Of a DNA stretch of 64,000 nucleotides, positions 30,573 through 41,879 are shown piece after piece. The DNA is taken from positions 137,143 to 201,142 of the forward strand of contig CAVULC010000003.1 in the NCBI GenBank assembly GCA_963742265.1. Reading direction: 5' to 3'. The position numbers and the translations under genes are program-made. Each line of letters starts with the position of its first letter. Within the stretch, counting starts at the first letter, position 1. A model generated the notes under the pieces. That model did no database searches. It worked only from the letters and a program-made list of their open reading frames with translations, and was not told the origin of the DNA. Source of the DNA: an uncultured Acidobacteriota bacterium (GTDB lineage: Bacteria > Acidobacteriota > Vicinamibacteria > Vicinamibacterales > 2-12-FULL-66-21).

Positions 30573-31406
30573 ATGACGATACTGGGAACCATGACCAATC
30601 CAAACCAGGCACTGTGGGAAAAAGGGGACTTCACGCGAATTGCCGCGACCATGCGTGAGAGCGGAGAGGCGCTGGTGCAGAGCCTCGGCATCACCAGGGG
30701 GCTGGATGTACTGGACCTCGGCTCCGGCGACGGCACGACCGCGCTGCCCCTGGCTCGACTGGGCGCGAACGTTCTCGCGGTCGACATCGCCAGGAATCTT
30801 GTCACTGCCGGACGGCGACGCGCCGCGGCTGAAGGTTTGACCAACTGCCGCTTCGAAGAAGGGGACGCGAGCAATCTGAACGAACTCGCCGATGCGAGCT
30901 TCGACCTCGTCATCAGTATCTTCGGCGCCATGTTCGCGCCCAAGCCGTTCGATGTGGCGAGCGAGATGGTGCGGGTGACTCGACCCGGTGGGCGGATCGT
31001 GATGGGGAACTGGATTCCGGGCGATCCGACGCTCGTGGCGCAGATTCTGAAGATCAGCTCCGCCTACTCGCCGGCGCCCCCGGAAGGCTTCGTCAGCCCG
31101 ATGACGTGGGGTATCGAAGGCAACGTCATCGAGCGTTTCACCGCCGCAGGCATTCCGGCCGAGAACGTCTCGTTCCTCGAGGACACGTATACGTTCAACT
31201 CCCCGCAATCGCCGGCCCAGTTGCTGTCCGACTTCAGAAGCTATTACGGTCCGACGATGAACGCGTTCGCTGCAGCGGAGCAGTCCGGCCGGGCGGCGAA
31301 TCTGCAGGCGGAACTCCAGGCCCTGTTCGAACGCGAGAACACGAGCGAGCTTCCTGGGACCACACGCGTCGCTGCGACCTTCCTCCGCGTCACAGTAAGG
31401 CGCTGA
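30573..31406 (+). CDS. class I SAM-dependent methyltransferase
   Basis: Motif I is VLDLGSGDGTTAL, and DLVISIFGAMF is a later motif. The exact start is uncertain among several ATGs in the first 10 codons. Confidence 0.85.
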   Translation: MTILGTMTNPNQALWEKGDFTRIAATMRESGEALVQSLGITRGLDVLDLGSGDGTTALPLARLGANVLAVDIARNLVTAGRRRAAAEGLTNCRFEEGDASNLNELADASFDLVISIFGAMFAPKPFDVASEMVRVTRPGGRIVMGNWIPGDPTLVAQILKISSAYSPAPPEGFVSPMTWGIEGNVIERFTAAGIPAENVSFLEDTYTFNSPQSPAQLLSDFRSYYGPTMNAFAAAEQSGRAANLQAELQALFERENTSELPGTTRVAATFLRVTVRR

Positions 31407-31420
31407 CTCGCGGTCTCGTG

Positions 31421-33481
31421 TCAGCTCACGTCCACGCCGAGAGCAGCCGCGAGCGCATCGAGACTGAAGGGTTTGAGCAGGATCTTGAACTCGCCGTCCG
31501 TCATCTCGGCGGCGGATTCGACATAGCCCGTTGTCAGGACCACTCGAAGGTCGGGATGACGCACCCGGATCTGCCGGGCGAGCTGAAGGCCGTTGATGCC
31601 GCCGGGCATCATGATGTCTGACAGCACGATGTCGATCGCCGGCGAGTTGGCCAGCGCCTCCAGCGCTGCCTCGGCGCTTTCAACGTGGGTGACCGAAAAC
31701 CCGAGTGACGTGAGCAACTCGATCGTGACGGCGGACACTTCCACGTCGTCCTCGACGAGCAGGACTTCTCGGTTCTGTTCGGAATCGACCCGCGCTGGTG
31801 CGGCTGTACCGGTTTGAACCATCCGGCTGGAATCAGCCGCCGGCCGCGACGAACGGGGCAGCAGCACCGTCACGGTGGTACCCATGCCGACGGTGCTCGC
31901 GATCGACGTGCGTCCGCCGGACTGCTGGGCGAACCCGTACACTTGCGGCAGACCAAGGCCGGACCCCTTGTTGATGTCCTTGGTCGTGAAGAACGGCTCG
32001 AACACGCGGTTGAGGATGTCGGCCGGGATGCCGCAGCCCGTGTCCGTAACCGAGAGCTGAACGAAATCCGCCTGCGAGCCCGCACCGTCGGCGATTGATA
32101 CGTTTTCGGCACCCAGCGAGACGACACCACCATCCGGCATGGCGTCGCGCGCGTTCACGCAGAGGTTGAGAATGGCCAGTTCCATCTCGCCCGCATCGAC
32201 TTCCACCGGCCACAAATCGGCGCCGAACTTCATCTCCACCGTGATGTGCCCGCCCAGCGAACCGTCGAGCATCGCGCGCATGCTCGTGAGATGCGCAGCC
32301 ACATCGATCGATTCCGGATTCAGGGGCCGCCGGCGAGAGAAGGCCAGCAGGTGCTTGGTCAGGCCGGTGCCGCGCGCGACGGCACGGCGCATCGCATCGA
32401 GAACGCGTTTGGGAGGAGTCGGCGTGCGTTCGAGCAGGTGGACGCCGCTGGCGAAGACCGCCAGCAGATTGTTGAAATCGTGCGCGACCCCGCCGGTCAG
32501 CTTGCCCAGCGATTCGATCTTCTGCGTCTCTCGAAGTGCTGCTTCCGCGTGTCGCAATCGCTCCTGGTCGCGCAGCCGCTCGGTCACGTCATAGACGAAC
32601 TGGTAGGCGCCGATACGATTGCCGGCGCGATCCCGCAGCGTGTTGAACCGCATCTCGTAGGCACGCCGCTCACGCGACGGATCGCCGAGCTCCTCGATCG
32701 TGGTGAATTCCTCGCCGGCAAGCGCGCGGTTCCACACCGCTCTCAGGGCCTGATGATGATCGGGATGGGCGGCGAGCAGCTCGAGCATGTTGTCACCGAC
32801 TCTGGGGCGGACTCCGAAGACGCGCTGAAATTCGTCGGCTGCCGCGCGGTTCATGGCCAGCCACCGATAATCCAGGTCGACGACCTGCACGAACGCGCCC
32901 GTCGCCTCGACAATGTCCGCCAGAAGCTTGCGTTCGGCGAGCGCATCGTCGACCCGGCGTTCGAGCGTCTCGTTCAGTTCACGAAGGCCACGCTGGGCGA
33001 GCACCGCACCGGTGGTTTCCGACACGGCACAGAACATTCCGGCGACCCTGCCACTCTCATCGCGAACCGGCGAATAGGAGAACGTGAACCAGGCCTGCTC
33101 GTCATAGCCCTTCCGGTTCATGAGGAGCGGCAGATCCTCGCGATAGATCGCCTCACCCGCCATGGCCGCGTCGATCAGCGGGCTGATGTCCGGCCAGATC
33201 TCCGACCAGATGTCACGGAACCGCTTCCCAATCGCGGCCGGATGCTTGGCGCCGAGGATCTCGGCGTACGAATCGTTGTAGAGAAAGCCGAGCTCCTGTC
33301 CCCACGCGACGAACATCGGGAACCTGGACTGAAGCAGCAGCCCGACGACCGTTCGCAACGACGGCGGCCACGTCGCCGGCGGGCCGAGCGGCGAATCAGA
33401 CCAGTCGTGCCTCCGCATGAGCGCACCGACCTCGCCGCCACCAATGATGAACTCGTCGGACCTGGTGATCGGCTGCGCCAC
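31421..33481 (-). CDS. PAS-domain hybrid sensor histidine kinase / response regulator
   Basis: The H-box is GGVAHDFNNLLAV. The ATPase G-boxes are TDTGCGIP and GSGLGL. The C-terminal receiver reads VLLVEDDVEV...DIVLSDIMMPG. Confidence 0.9.
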   Translation of the reverse strand: MAQPITRSDEFIIGGGEVGALMRRHDWSDSPLGPPATWPPSLRTVVGLLLQSRFPMFVAWGQELGFLYNDSYAEILGAKHPAAIGKRFRDIWSEIWPDISPLIDAAMAGEAIYREDLPLLMNRKGYDEQAWFTFSYSPVRDESGRVAGMFCAVSETTGAVLAQRGLRELNETLERRVDDALAERKLLADIVEATGAFVQVVDLDYRWLAMNRAAADEFQRVFGVRPRVGDNMLELLAAHPDHHQALRAVWNRALAGEEFTTIEELGDPSRERRAYEMRFNTLRDRAGNRIGAYQFVYDVTERLRDQERLRHAEAALRETQKIESLGKLTGGVAHDFNNLLAVFASGVHLLERTPTPPKRVLDAMRRAVARGTGLTKHLLAFSRRRPLNPESIDVAAHLTSMRAMLDGSLGGHITVEMKFGADLWPVEVDAGEMELAILNLCVNARDAMPDGGVVSLGAENVSIADGAGSQADFVQLSVTDTGCGIPADILNRVFEPFFTTKDINKGSGLGLPQVYGFAQQSGGRTSIASTVGMGTTVTVLLPRSSRPAADSSRMVQTGTAAPARVDSEQNREVLLVEDDVEVSAVTIELLTSLGFSVTHVESAEAALEALANSPAIDIVLSDIMMPGGINGLQLARQIRVRHPDLRVVLTTGYVESAAEMTDGEFKILLKPFSLDALAAALGVDVS

Positions 33482-33575
33482 GGCCGAATTGTAAACCGGC
33501 TGGATATACAGCGATTGGCGCGTCAGCTACGGCCGTTAGTGGTAAAAGGTGATACTTCCGCTGATGGAGGAGAGC

Positions 33576-34068
33576 ATGCCTGTGTCGCGACCCCCGCTTG
33601 GCGTCAATCCTTCGGATGAGATGATCGCGCTCGGACCAGTCGCGGTCCGTTTTCTGCTCACCGGTGCGAACTCTGGCGGCAGCATCGCCGGATTCGAGCT
33701 CACGGTAGACGGGGGACACCGCCTGGCCGCGCCCGCTCACAGCCACGATCACTACGAGGAAACGATTTACGGGCTCGAAGGTGTGCTGACCTGGACCGTG
33801 GACGGGCATCCGATCGAAGTGGGGCCGGGGCAGGCGTTGTGTATTCCGCGCGGCGCCGTTCACCGCTTCGATAACCTCGCAAACCAGAACGCAAAAGCAC
33901 TCTGCGTGATCACACCGGCCGCGATCGGACCCGAGTACCTTCCGCGACGTTCTCGAGGTGATCAAGGCCGCTGCGGGTGGTCCGCCGGACCGCGCCAGGA
34001 TGGCGGAAGTGATGCGGAGACACGGCCTCACGCCGGCGCCGCCGCCGGCTCAAAGCGGCCCGGTATAA
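33576..34068 (+). CDS. cupin-domain protein with a frameshift near nt 33940
   Basis: The cupin motifs are HSHDHYEETIYGLEG and PRGAVHRF. After ...AAIGPEY the plausible C-terminus (FRDVLEVIKAAAGGPPDRARMAEVMRRHGLTP...) is in the +1 frame and ends at TAA 34066-34068. In the track the shifted ORF runs on into the next gene. Confidence 0.65.
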
Positions 34069-34115
34069 TCGCCGCTTCTGTCGCACCACGCACGCCTGAC
34101 AGAGGAGAATCAGAG

Positions 34116-35153
34116 ATGAAACCAGCCACTGGGAACAGCGCCGCGCAGAGTACGTCGGCACATCCGCAGATCATTCAGATGGCCACCGGCTCGATCGTGG
34201 CGCAGGCACTCTACACCGTCGCTGAGTTGTGCATCGCGGATCACCTGAGCGCCGGCCCGAAGAGCGCCGCCGCGCTGGCTGCAGCGACGGGAACCGATAC
34301 CAGCTCCCTCTATCGATTGCTGCGGATGCTCACCGGCCTCGGGTTGTTCACCCAGAACACCGCCGGTGAGTTCGCGACCACCCCGCTCGGCGCGACGCTG
34401 CGCTCGGATGATGCGGGATGCGCACGCGCGATGGTCCGCATGCTGACCGGCCCCACGGTTGCGCGAGCAACCAACGAACTGCTCCATGCGGTGAAGACCG
34501 GGACGACCGCCTTCGACAAAGCGCTGGGCCAACCTGTCTTCGACTATTTCGGAGAGCATCCAGACGAGGCGGCCGTCTTCAATGACGCGATGATCGGGTT
34601 CCATGGCTCGGAGCCACCGGCAGTCGCGGCCGGTTACGATTTTTCGAGCATCGGCACCCTCGTCGACGTCGGCGGGGGGACGGGCAATCTGCTGATGACG
34701 ATCCTCGACGCGTATCCGACGGTTCGCGGTCTGCTCTACGACATGCCGCACGTCATCGCGCACGCGCGGCAGGCGATCGAGCGCCGCGGTCTGACCGGCC
34801 GATGCGAGGTGCGAGAAGGCAGCTTCTTCGATGCGATCCCTGAGGGTGGAGACGCGTACCTGATGTCACACATCATCCACGACTGGGAGGAGCCAAAGGC
34901 TCTTGCCATACTCAACAACTGCCGGCGCGCCATGAATGGTCACGGACGGCTGCTGCTGGTCGAAATGGTGATCCCGGCCGGCGACGAGATGCACCCGGCA
35001 AAGCTGCTCGACGTCACGATGCTGATGGCCAGCGGCGGACGCGAGCGCACGGCTGACGAGTATCGCGAGCTGTATCGCACCGCCGGTTTCGAGCTGACCC
35101 GGATCGTGCCGACAGCGTCACCCGTCAGCGTCGTCGAAGGGCGACCCGCGTAG
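34116..35153 (+). CDS. O-methyltransferase, family 2 (dimerisation domain plus SAM domain)
   Basis: A GAGGAG sits 7 nt before ATG 34116. VAELCIADHL is the dimerisation-domain region, VDVGGGTGNLL is SAM motif I, and YLMSHIIHDW is also present. Confidence 0.85.
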   Translation: MKPATGNSAAQSTSAHPQIIQMATGSIVAQALYTVAELCIADHLSAGPKSAAALAAATGTDTSSLYRLLRMLTGLGLFTQNTAGEFATTPLGATLRSDDAGCARAMVRMLTGPTVARATNELLHAVKTGTTAFDKALGQPVFDYFGEHPDEAAVFNDAMIGFHGSEPPAVAAGYDFSSIGTLVDVGGGTGNLLMTILDAYPTVRGLLYDMPHVIAHARQAIERRGLTGRCEVREGSFFDAIPEGGDAYLMSHIIHDWEEPKALAILNNCRRAMNGHGRLLLVEMVIPAGDEMHPAKLLDVTMLMASGGRERTADEYRELYRTAGFELTRIVPTASPVSVVEGRPA

Positions 35154-35165
35154 CGGGCGGCGAGT

Positions 35166-35441
35166 ATGGATCCCACGCGCCGCGAAGTGGTGCGGCTTCT
35201 CGCCGCACTCGGTATCAGCGGCGGAGCCATCGACGGTTTGACGGCGCAGCTGCGTGACAAGCTCGCGCCGCAGGACCTCCAAGGAGCGCTCGCGATCCAG
35301 GGCGCCGCGCTCCCGGACGAGCAACTCGAGGTCGTCCGCCGCGCGCTGCAACAGTCCCTGGACGATTTCGCGCGGGTGCGCGCACTCGATATCGACGACA
35401 CGATCGGGCTGCCCGTCGTTTTTAGACCCGATGCCGGTTGA
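35166..35441 (+). CDS. small amidase-associated protein (AtzG/GatC-like; tentative)
   Basis: 91 aa. Its end overlaps the amidase start by 11 nt. The C-terminal LPDEQLEVVRRALQQSLDDFARVRALDIDDTIGLPVVFRP resembles small partner subunits encoded next to amidase-signature enzymes. Confidence 0.45.
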   Translation: MDPTRREVVRLLAALGISGGAIDGLTAQLRDKLAPQDLQGALAIQGAALPDEQLEVVRRALQQSLDDFARVRALDIDDTIGLPVVFRPDAG

Positions 35442-36863
35442 CCTTCTGCGCGCGAGCGTCCGCGAACTCGGCGGATCGATCCGCACCGGCGCGACCTCGG
35501 TCATCGAGATCGTGGACGGCTATCTCTCACGATGCGAGCGGCTCAATCCTTCCCTGAACGCGTTCATCACCATCGCCGCGGACCACGCTCGCGCCCGCGC
35601 CCGACAGGCCGACGCGGAGATCCGGCGCGGCGCCTACCTCGGTCCACTCCACGGCGTTCCCTACGCTGTAAAGGACATCGTCGCCACCCGCGGAGTCCCG
35701 ACGACGAACGGGTCGCGTGTGACTCCCACCTGGATGGCCGACGTGGAGTCGACGATCACCAGTCGACTCAATGCGGCCGGAGCGATATTGATCGGCAAGT
35801 TGAACCTGCGCGAGTTCGCCACTGGCAGCGGCGTCCTCTCCGGATATGGCGTCGTCCGCAATCCATGGGCGGCCGATTTCACCGCTGCTGGGTCGTCCTC
35901 GGGATCCGGTGCGGCGGTCGCCGCGCGAATGGTCCCGCTCGCGATCGGTACGGATACGGGCGGATCGATTCGCGGCCCCGCTGCTGCGTGCGGCATCGTG
36001 GGGGTGAAGCCCACTTATGGACGGGTCAGTCTGCACGGGGTGACGCCTCTCGGCTGGTCGCTCGATCATGCCGGTCCGATGACGGTCAGCGTCGAAGACA
36101 CGGCTTGCCTGCTCCAAGCCGTGGCCGGGAGAGACGAGCTCGATGCGACATCCGCGCGTGAGCCGATACCGGATTACGCGGCCGAACTGGCGAGTGGCGT
36201 CACAGGGCTCAGGATCGGCATTCCCCGGCGGCACTTCAGCGAAGGCGCTCACGCGGACGTGGTGAAAGCATTCGACACTGCCGTGGGTGCATTTGAAGCG
36301 CTCGGGTGTCGCGTCGTCAGCGTGGACATTCCGCACGCGGACCTCGCACCGGCGGCGGGTGGAATCATCGCGATGTCGGAGGCGGCGGCGTTCCATGAGA
36401 AGCGCTTGCGTGAATCGCCGGCGCTGTTCGATCCGCTCGTGCGCGAACGCCTGGAAGTCGCGCGCTTCTACACCGCAACTGATTACATCAAGGCGCAGCG
36501 GCTCCGCGTCGTGCTGATGCAGGAAGTGGCGGAAGCATTCAAGAGCTGCGACGCGATCGCCGTCCCGGCCTACCCTCGGTTGACGGCGCGCCAGGAATCA
36601 GCTGCGACCGCCGGGAGCGACGTCAAGCCCGGAGGCGAATCCCGCGCGTATCGCGCCAGCAACTCCTACATCGCGAACATGACCGGCATGCCGGCGATGG
36701 TGTTCCCGTGCGGATTCTCAGCGGGAGAACCGGCGCTGCCGATCGCCATCCAGTTGTATGGCCGCCCCTTCGAGGAGACGGTCCTTTTCGATTGGGGCAC
36801 GCGTACCAGCAGGTTACGGACTGGCACAAGCGCCTCCCGCCCGCCGCCCTGAGCGGAGCCTGA
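35431..36863 (+). CDS. amidase-signature enzyme (GatA-like amidase); the last ~25 codons need a frame change near nt 36790
   Basis: The amidase signature is GGSSSGSGAAVAARMVPLAIGTDTGGSIRGPAA. The typical C-terminus, LGHAYQQVTDWHKRLPPAAL, is in another frame and ends at TGA 36861-36863. The unshifted ORF ends at 36852. Confidence 0.9.
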
Positions 36864-37048
36864 TCCTCGCTGCCGCGATCGCCGCAGCCCGGCGCACGGA
36901 ATACCGTGGCTATCCCCCGTCCCTCGTCCGCGCGGGCATGGCGTAAGGTTGCACCCGCAGTCTTTTCGTTCCTCGGGCGCGGTCGCCTGATGGCGTGCGA
37001 CTTGCACCGAGATCGTTTTCTCACTGCGACAAGATGCGGAGCCGAACG

Positions 37049-37784
37049 ATGACACGACGAATCGGATCTCGAATGCTGACGCGATGTGCCCTCGTGCTGA
37101 TGACGGCCGCCACCATAACGGCATGCGGGAGCCGGGAGCCGGCAACGGATGCCGATCGACTCGCTCGTGGCCGGCAGCTGGTGCAGCAGATGAGCGCAGC
37201 GCTCGCCGCGGCCAACGCGGTCAGCGTGACCACCACTGAAACGCGTGAGCGGGTGCGCGTCAGCGGCCGCAAAGACACCGTTACCCTGGCGGCCGCCTAC
37301 ACGATGCGCCGGCCCAATGGCTTCTACATAAAGATGACCGGCGGGCCCGGCCTCGAATCCTGGTACAACGGCAAGACGGTGACGATCGCCTCTCATCCGG
37401 AGAAGGTGTTCGCGCAGGCACCGATGCCCGACACGGTCGATCGCACGCTCGATGCACTTGCGGAACGCTACGACATGGCGCTGCCGCTCAGTGATTTGTT
37501 CTACGTGTCACCTGAGAAAGCCCTGCTCTCGGATACCACCACCGGCGGATACGCCGGCCGCGAATCGGTCGGCGGCACACCGTGCGTGCATCTTGCCTTC
37601 AAGGACATCGGCTCCGAATGGGAGCTGTGGCTGCCGGAAAAGGGCGCGCCGCTCCCCAGGCGCTTCAAAGTCGGTACAGAAGGCTCGCAGGGGCGAACCG
37701 GTGACCGATGTGACCTTCACCGACTGGAATCTTGCACCCTCGGTAACTGATGCGACCTTCGTTCCTCACGTGCCCGCGGAGTGA
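37049..37784 (+). pseudogene. DUF2092-like (LolA-fold) lipoprotein with a frameshift near nt 37695
   Basis: The lipobox is LVLMTAATITACG. GFYIKMTGGPGLESWYNGKTVTI...ERYDMALPLSDLF is family-like. The conserved tail VTDVTFTDWNLAPSVTDATF appears only in the +1 frame. Confidence 0.6.
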
Positions 37785-37938
37785 CGAGGGCATCGCCATC
37801 CTGCAGCGCGCTGCGGCCATCAAACACACCGCTCCTGCCGGTGTTCCCCAGGAACCGGCGGCGGTCAAGAAATAACGCCCGGCGCACAACGTCATAGGAA
37901 AAGAAGGACCTGCGACATGACCCCAACCGACCGATCGC

Positions 37939-38698
37939 ATGCAAATGTTCCGCGTCCTCGTCACCGTCACCGTAATCGCCACGGCAGGTCTGGTCTCGAT
38001 CGACGCACAGGTGCGCGCCGGACGTCGCGGCGCTGTCGCGAGCGATGGCGACCGGAAGGCGGCCGCAGGGCCGCGCGGTGCCGCCGTCAAAACTGAAGAC
38101 GGCTACGCTGCCGCCGGCCGCCGCGGCGCTGTCGCCAGCGGCGAAGAGGGATATGCGGCGGTCGGTCGGCGGGGTGCGGTCGTGACCGGCGAGGAAGTCG
38201 ACGTCCAGGGCGGGGCCGTGGGGCGGCGCGGCGCGCGTGGTCGTCGGTGAAGAAGGCGCGGCCGCTGTGGGGCGATACGGCGGTGTGGTGGTTTCCGACA
38301 ATCGCTACGAGAGCTACGAGGCGTGGCGCAGAGTAGCGGCGGTCGGCACCGTGATGGCGGTCGGGACGATGCTCGCGAGACCACCCGCGGCCGCAACGAC
38401 CGTGGTGGTGTCGAACTCGACCTACTACTACCACGACAGTACCTACTACTCGAAAGTGATGAACGGTGGCGAAGTCACGTATCAAGTAATCGCGCCGCCT
38501 GCCGGCGCGATCATCACCGACACTTCCGCCAACTGCCAGACGGTGCAGATGGGCGGTGCGACCTACTCGCAGTGTGGCGGAACCTATTACACGCGCGTGT
38601 CGAACGGGTACCAGGTGGTCGTGCTGCGGTCATGCGATTCACTCCGGCGGAAATACTGCCGGTCGGGCTGCTCGTCATCGTCGCCGGCACACAGGTGA
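37939..38698 (+). pseudogene. secreted repeat protein (GRRGAV-xGEEG-AA units) with a Tyr-rich C-domain and a frameshift near nt 38235
   Basis: The signal peptide is MQMFRVLVTVTVIATAGLVSIDAQ. About six ~16-aa units follow, then VVVSNSTYYYHDSTYYSKV...GGTYYTRVSNGYQVVVL. The two halves lie in different frames. Confidence 0.5.
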
Positions 38699-39066
38699 CG
38701 CTCGCGCGGCGCGTCGCCATGACGCCGTGGAAGGGCGGCGGCTTTGGTATGTTCTCGACCACGGACGATACCGCCCGGCGGCGCGTGCGCGTGTTCGTGA
38801 CTGCGCCGGAGCGATCGGAGGAAGTCGCCATCGCCCCGTCGCTCGAAGACGCCGCGCGCCGTGCGGCGGTGCTGCCGGCAGATTACGAGATGGCGCGGCT
38901 GGCCGAGGGGATCGTGACCCGCGAGCGGCGGTATTCGAGACCGGTGGAGACGGTCCGCATCGAGACGTGGTGCATCGACTACGCTCCGGACACACTCGCC
39001 GCTACGTCGCGCCTGCTTCGCGAGTACGTGTACCGTGTCGAGCCGACTGCCTCGCCCCGCCCCTGA
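38632..39066 (+). CDS. hypothetical membrane-anchored protein
   Basis: The ATG ORF has one N-terminal TM helix (ILPVGLLVIVAGTQV) and the motif PWKGGGFGMFST. I do not recognise a family. Confidence 0.4.
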   Translation: MRFTPAEILPVGLLVIVAGTQVTLARRVAMTPWKGGGFGMFSTTDDTARRRVRVFVTAPERSEEVAIAPSLEDAARRAAVLPADYEMARLAEGIVTRERRYSRPVETVRIETWCIDYAPDTLAATSRLLREYVYRVEPTASPRP

Positions 39067-39914
39067 CGAGGGGGGCGTTTCCGACTCCGTCCTGACGCTC
39101 ACCGCCATCATCCTGCTGCTGCGGCCGCTCGACGTGTGGTGGCTGGCGCCTTTCGCGCTGGCGGCTGCCTGTCTGTCGCTGGCGATTGGTGCGGTCCGCC
39201 GCGCGCCGCTCACCTGGATCATCGTTGCGGCGCTGGTCGGTACCCGGGTGATCGTCGTCTGGCCGCTGTCCGACAATCACATCTACCTGCTCGCCTACTG
39301 GTGTCTCGCGATCGGGCTCGCGCTTGCGACCGGCGCGTCCGCGGCGACGCTGTCGACGAGCAGTCGCTGGCTGCTCGCAGCGGCATTCGCGATGGCCGTC
39401 CTTTGGAAAGCGGTGTTGTCGCCCGACTACATCGACGGCCGCTTTTTCCGGGTGACGCTGCTGACCGACGATCGCTTTGCCGACGCGGCCCTGGTGTTCG
39501 GCGGCTTGACGCGCGACCAGATGGCGCAAAACCGCGCGTTTCTCGAGCCGCTCCCCGAAGGTGCGGCGCTGCTCCAGCCGCCGGCATTCATCGAACCGCC
39601 ACGGCTGCGCGCGTTCGCCAAGGTGGCGACCTGGGTGGTCTGCTCCTCGAGACGCTGATCGCCATCGTGTTCCTGCTCCCCGCGGAGAAGTGGAGTGAAC
39701 TCACGCGCCACGCATCTCTGCTCGCGTTCTGCCTGACGACCTACGCGCTCGCGCCGGTGGCGGGATCGGGTGGCTCCTCGCCACCATGGGGCTGGCGCTT
39801 TGCCGTCCTGACCAGCGTTGGCTGCGCGGCGCATACCTGGCCGTGTTCGTCGTGATCCTGCTCTACACAGAGTTTCCCTGGGCCGGTGTGCCGGCGGATT
39901 TGACGACCCGCTGA
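39035..39914 (+). pseudogene. hypothetical polytopic membrane protein, spread over three frames
   Basis: Hydrophobic segments continue across shifts near nt 39635 and 39770: ...AFAKVATW | GLLLETLIAIVFLLPAEKW...YALAPVAG | FGWLLATMGLAL...VFVVILLYTEFPW. Confidence 0.35.
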
Positions 39915-40010
39915 AGTCAGACGAGCATGGAGGCCGCGCCGCTCGAGCGCTCGGCGACACCGATCTGAGACGAGGAGACCATGCGACTGATCAAGCGCAC
40001 CCACAGGTGA

Positions 40011-41746
40011 ATGCCGGACGGCCGAAAAAGCCCGCGACGTCTCGCGCGAAAGCGGCGGTCCCCGGCCCCGGCACCAATGGACTCGTCGGAGCTGCGCTGC
40101 GCATCGACGATATCCCCCCGCCCGCCACGTCGATCCGATCCTGCGCAACGCGCGATCCACGCTGCCGCCGGCGGCGCTCAGCCCCACCTCGCCGCGAACC
40201 GGGACCCGGAGGCGTCGGCGCGCCAGTATCTCGAACGCGCCGTCGAAGGTACGGGCCGCAGATCCCTGGCGCGCCCGGTGACCGGTGCCGGCGCGAGTGA
40301 GTTCCGGAGCCTCGGCGCCGAAGCCATTCCACTGACCGGAACGACGATGGTCAAGTTCCGCCAGGCATTCAACAAGGTCCCTGTTTACGGTTCGCTGGTC
40401 ACGGTGGAACTCGACAAGCAGAATCGATGCATCGGCATCAATTCGTCACTCGGCACGCCGGACGGCGTCAGTCACATCGCCAAAATCTCGCCACACACCG
40501 CCCTGGCGGTGGCGGCGAAGGCCGCCGGGCAACCGGCGTCGAAACTGAAGAACACGCCGCTGCTTCACTACTACTTTCATCTGGACGATTCGACCTGGCA
40601 CCTCGCTTACATCGTGGAAAGCGTGCGGCAGCGCACGCGCAAGGTCCTCCCCGATGGCCGCAGCGACGCGGTGCTGAAGGACTACGTCATCGACGCGCGG
40701 AGCGGGAAGTTGCTGGCCGCCCTGCCGCGGATGTCGACGATGGCCGCCGCGACCGAGAGTGCCCGCGACGGGCTCCACGCGCGCCGTGTCATCGCCGTCG
40801 AGAAGCGGAGCGGGGGACGCCGCGAGCTCCGTGACACGGCGCTGAATCTCACGACCTACGATTTCGGATTCAAGGATCCCTGGAAGCAATCCCGTCTGCT
40901 GCCCGGAGCGATCGGCTGTAATCCACCGAAGCCCTGGGCGGTAGAGGCGGTCGCCGCTCACGCGAATGCCGCCGATGTCGCACGCTTTCTGCGTGGTGTG
41001 CTCAAGCGCAACAACATCGACAATCGCGGCGGGGAAATGATCTCGTCCGTCAACTGCTGGGACCGCGAGGAAGGGGGGCGCCCCCGCGCGAATGGAGGAA
41101 CGCGTACTGGAACGAGAAGCAGATGGTCTACGGGCAAGTCATGTTCCCGGACGGTTCGTTGTTCTCGATCGCCAACATGCTGGACGTCGTCGGGCACGAG
41201 ATGTTCCACGGCGTGACGGATCACTCGTCGCGGCTCGAATACCGCACGCAGCCCGGAGCCCTCAACGAATCCTATTCGGACATTTTCGGAACGATCATCG
41301 CCAACTACCGCAAGCCGCTCGGCCGGTGGCAGTGGAACATCGGGACTGACTTCGAAGGTCCGGGGACGGTGCTGCGCAGCATGAAGGATCCGACGCGCCA
41401 TGACCAGCCGAAGCTGATGAAGGATTTCAAGCGGGCGATTCCGCCATACACGTACGAGCGGAACGACTACGGCCACGTCCACGACAACAGCGGCATACAC
41501 AACTACGCCGCGTATCGCGTCATGACGGCAAAGAGTCGCGGCAACTACGTGTTCAGCGGCGTCGAGATCGCGGCCATGTTCTACATCGCGCTGACGCAGC
41601 ACCTGTCGCGGACCTCGCTCTTCACCGACAGCCGGCGCGCAGTGGTGCAGGCCGCGCAGTCGCTGTTCAGGAACAACCCCTTGGCGGTGCGGGATCGGAA
41701 GATCAGGGCGGTAACCAACGGTTTCGCCGCCGCCGGGATTCGGTAG
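40011..41746 (+). pseudogene. M4 (thermolysin-family) zinc metallopeptidase with FTP-type propeptide; frameshift at a G6/C5 run near nt 41080
   Basis: The FTP-like propeptide reads DPEASARQYLERAV...TMVKFRQAFNKVPVYGSLVTVEL. The catalytic motifs VVGHEMFHGV and GALNESYSDIFG are in the second frame. The N-terminal start is uncertain, and another shift at the C6 run near nt 40120 is possible. Confidence 0.8.
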
Positions 41747-41879
41747 GACGGAGCCGCGCACCGGAGGAGCGGCGTCCGGTCGGCCGGAGGCCAGCCCGAA
41801 GAATCGACGTTTACCGTGCAAAAACCACCGAATCCGACGGTACAAGGTGTGCTGCGAGCACGGCCAAGGTACCGTTCTC

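Noticed and set aside
39981-40010. A 9-codon ORF (MRLIKRTHR) as a leader peptide for the M4 protease gene.
   Set aside because: It is too short to evaluate. The protease N-terminus is itself uncertain because of probable frameshifts at C/G runs, so this may simply be part of the true start region.
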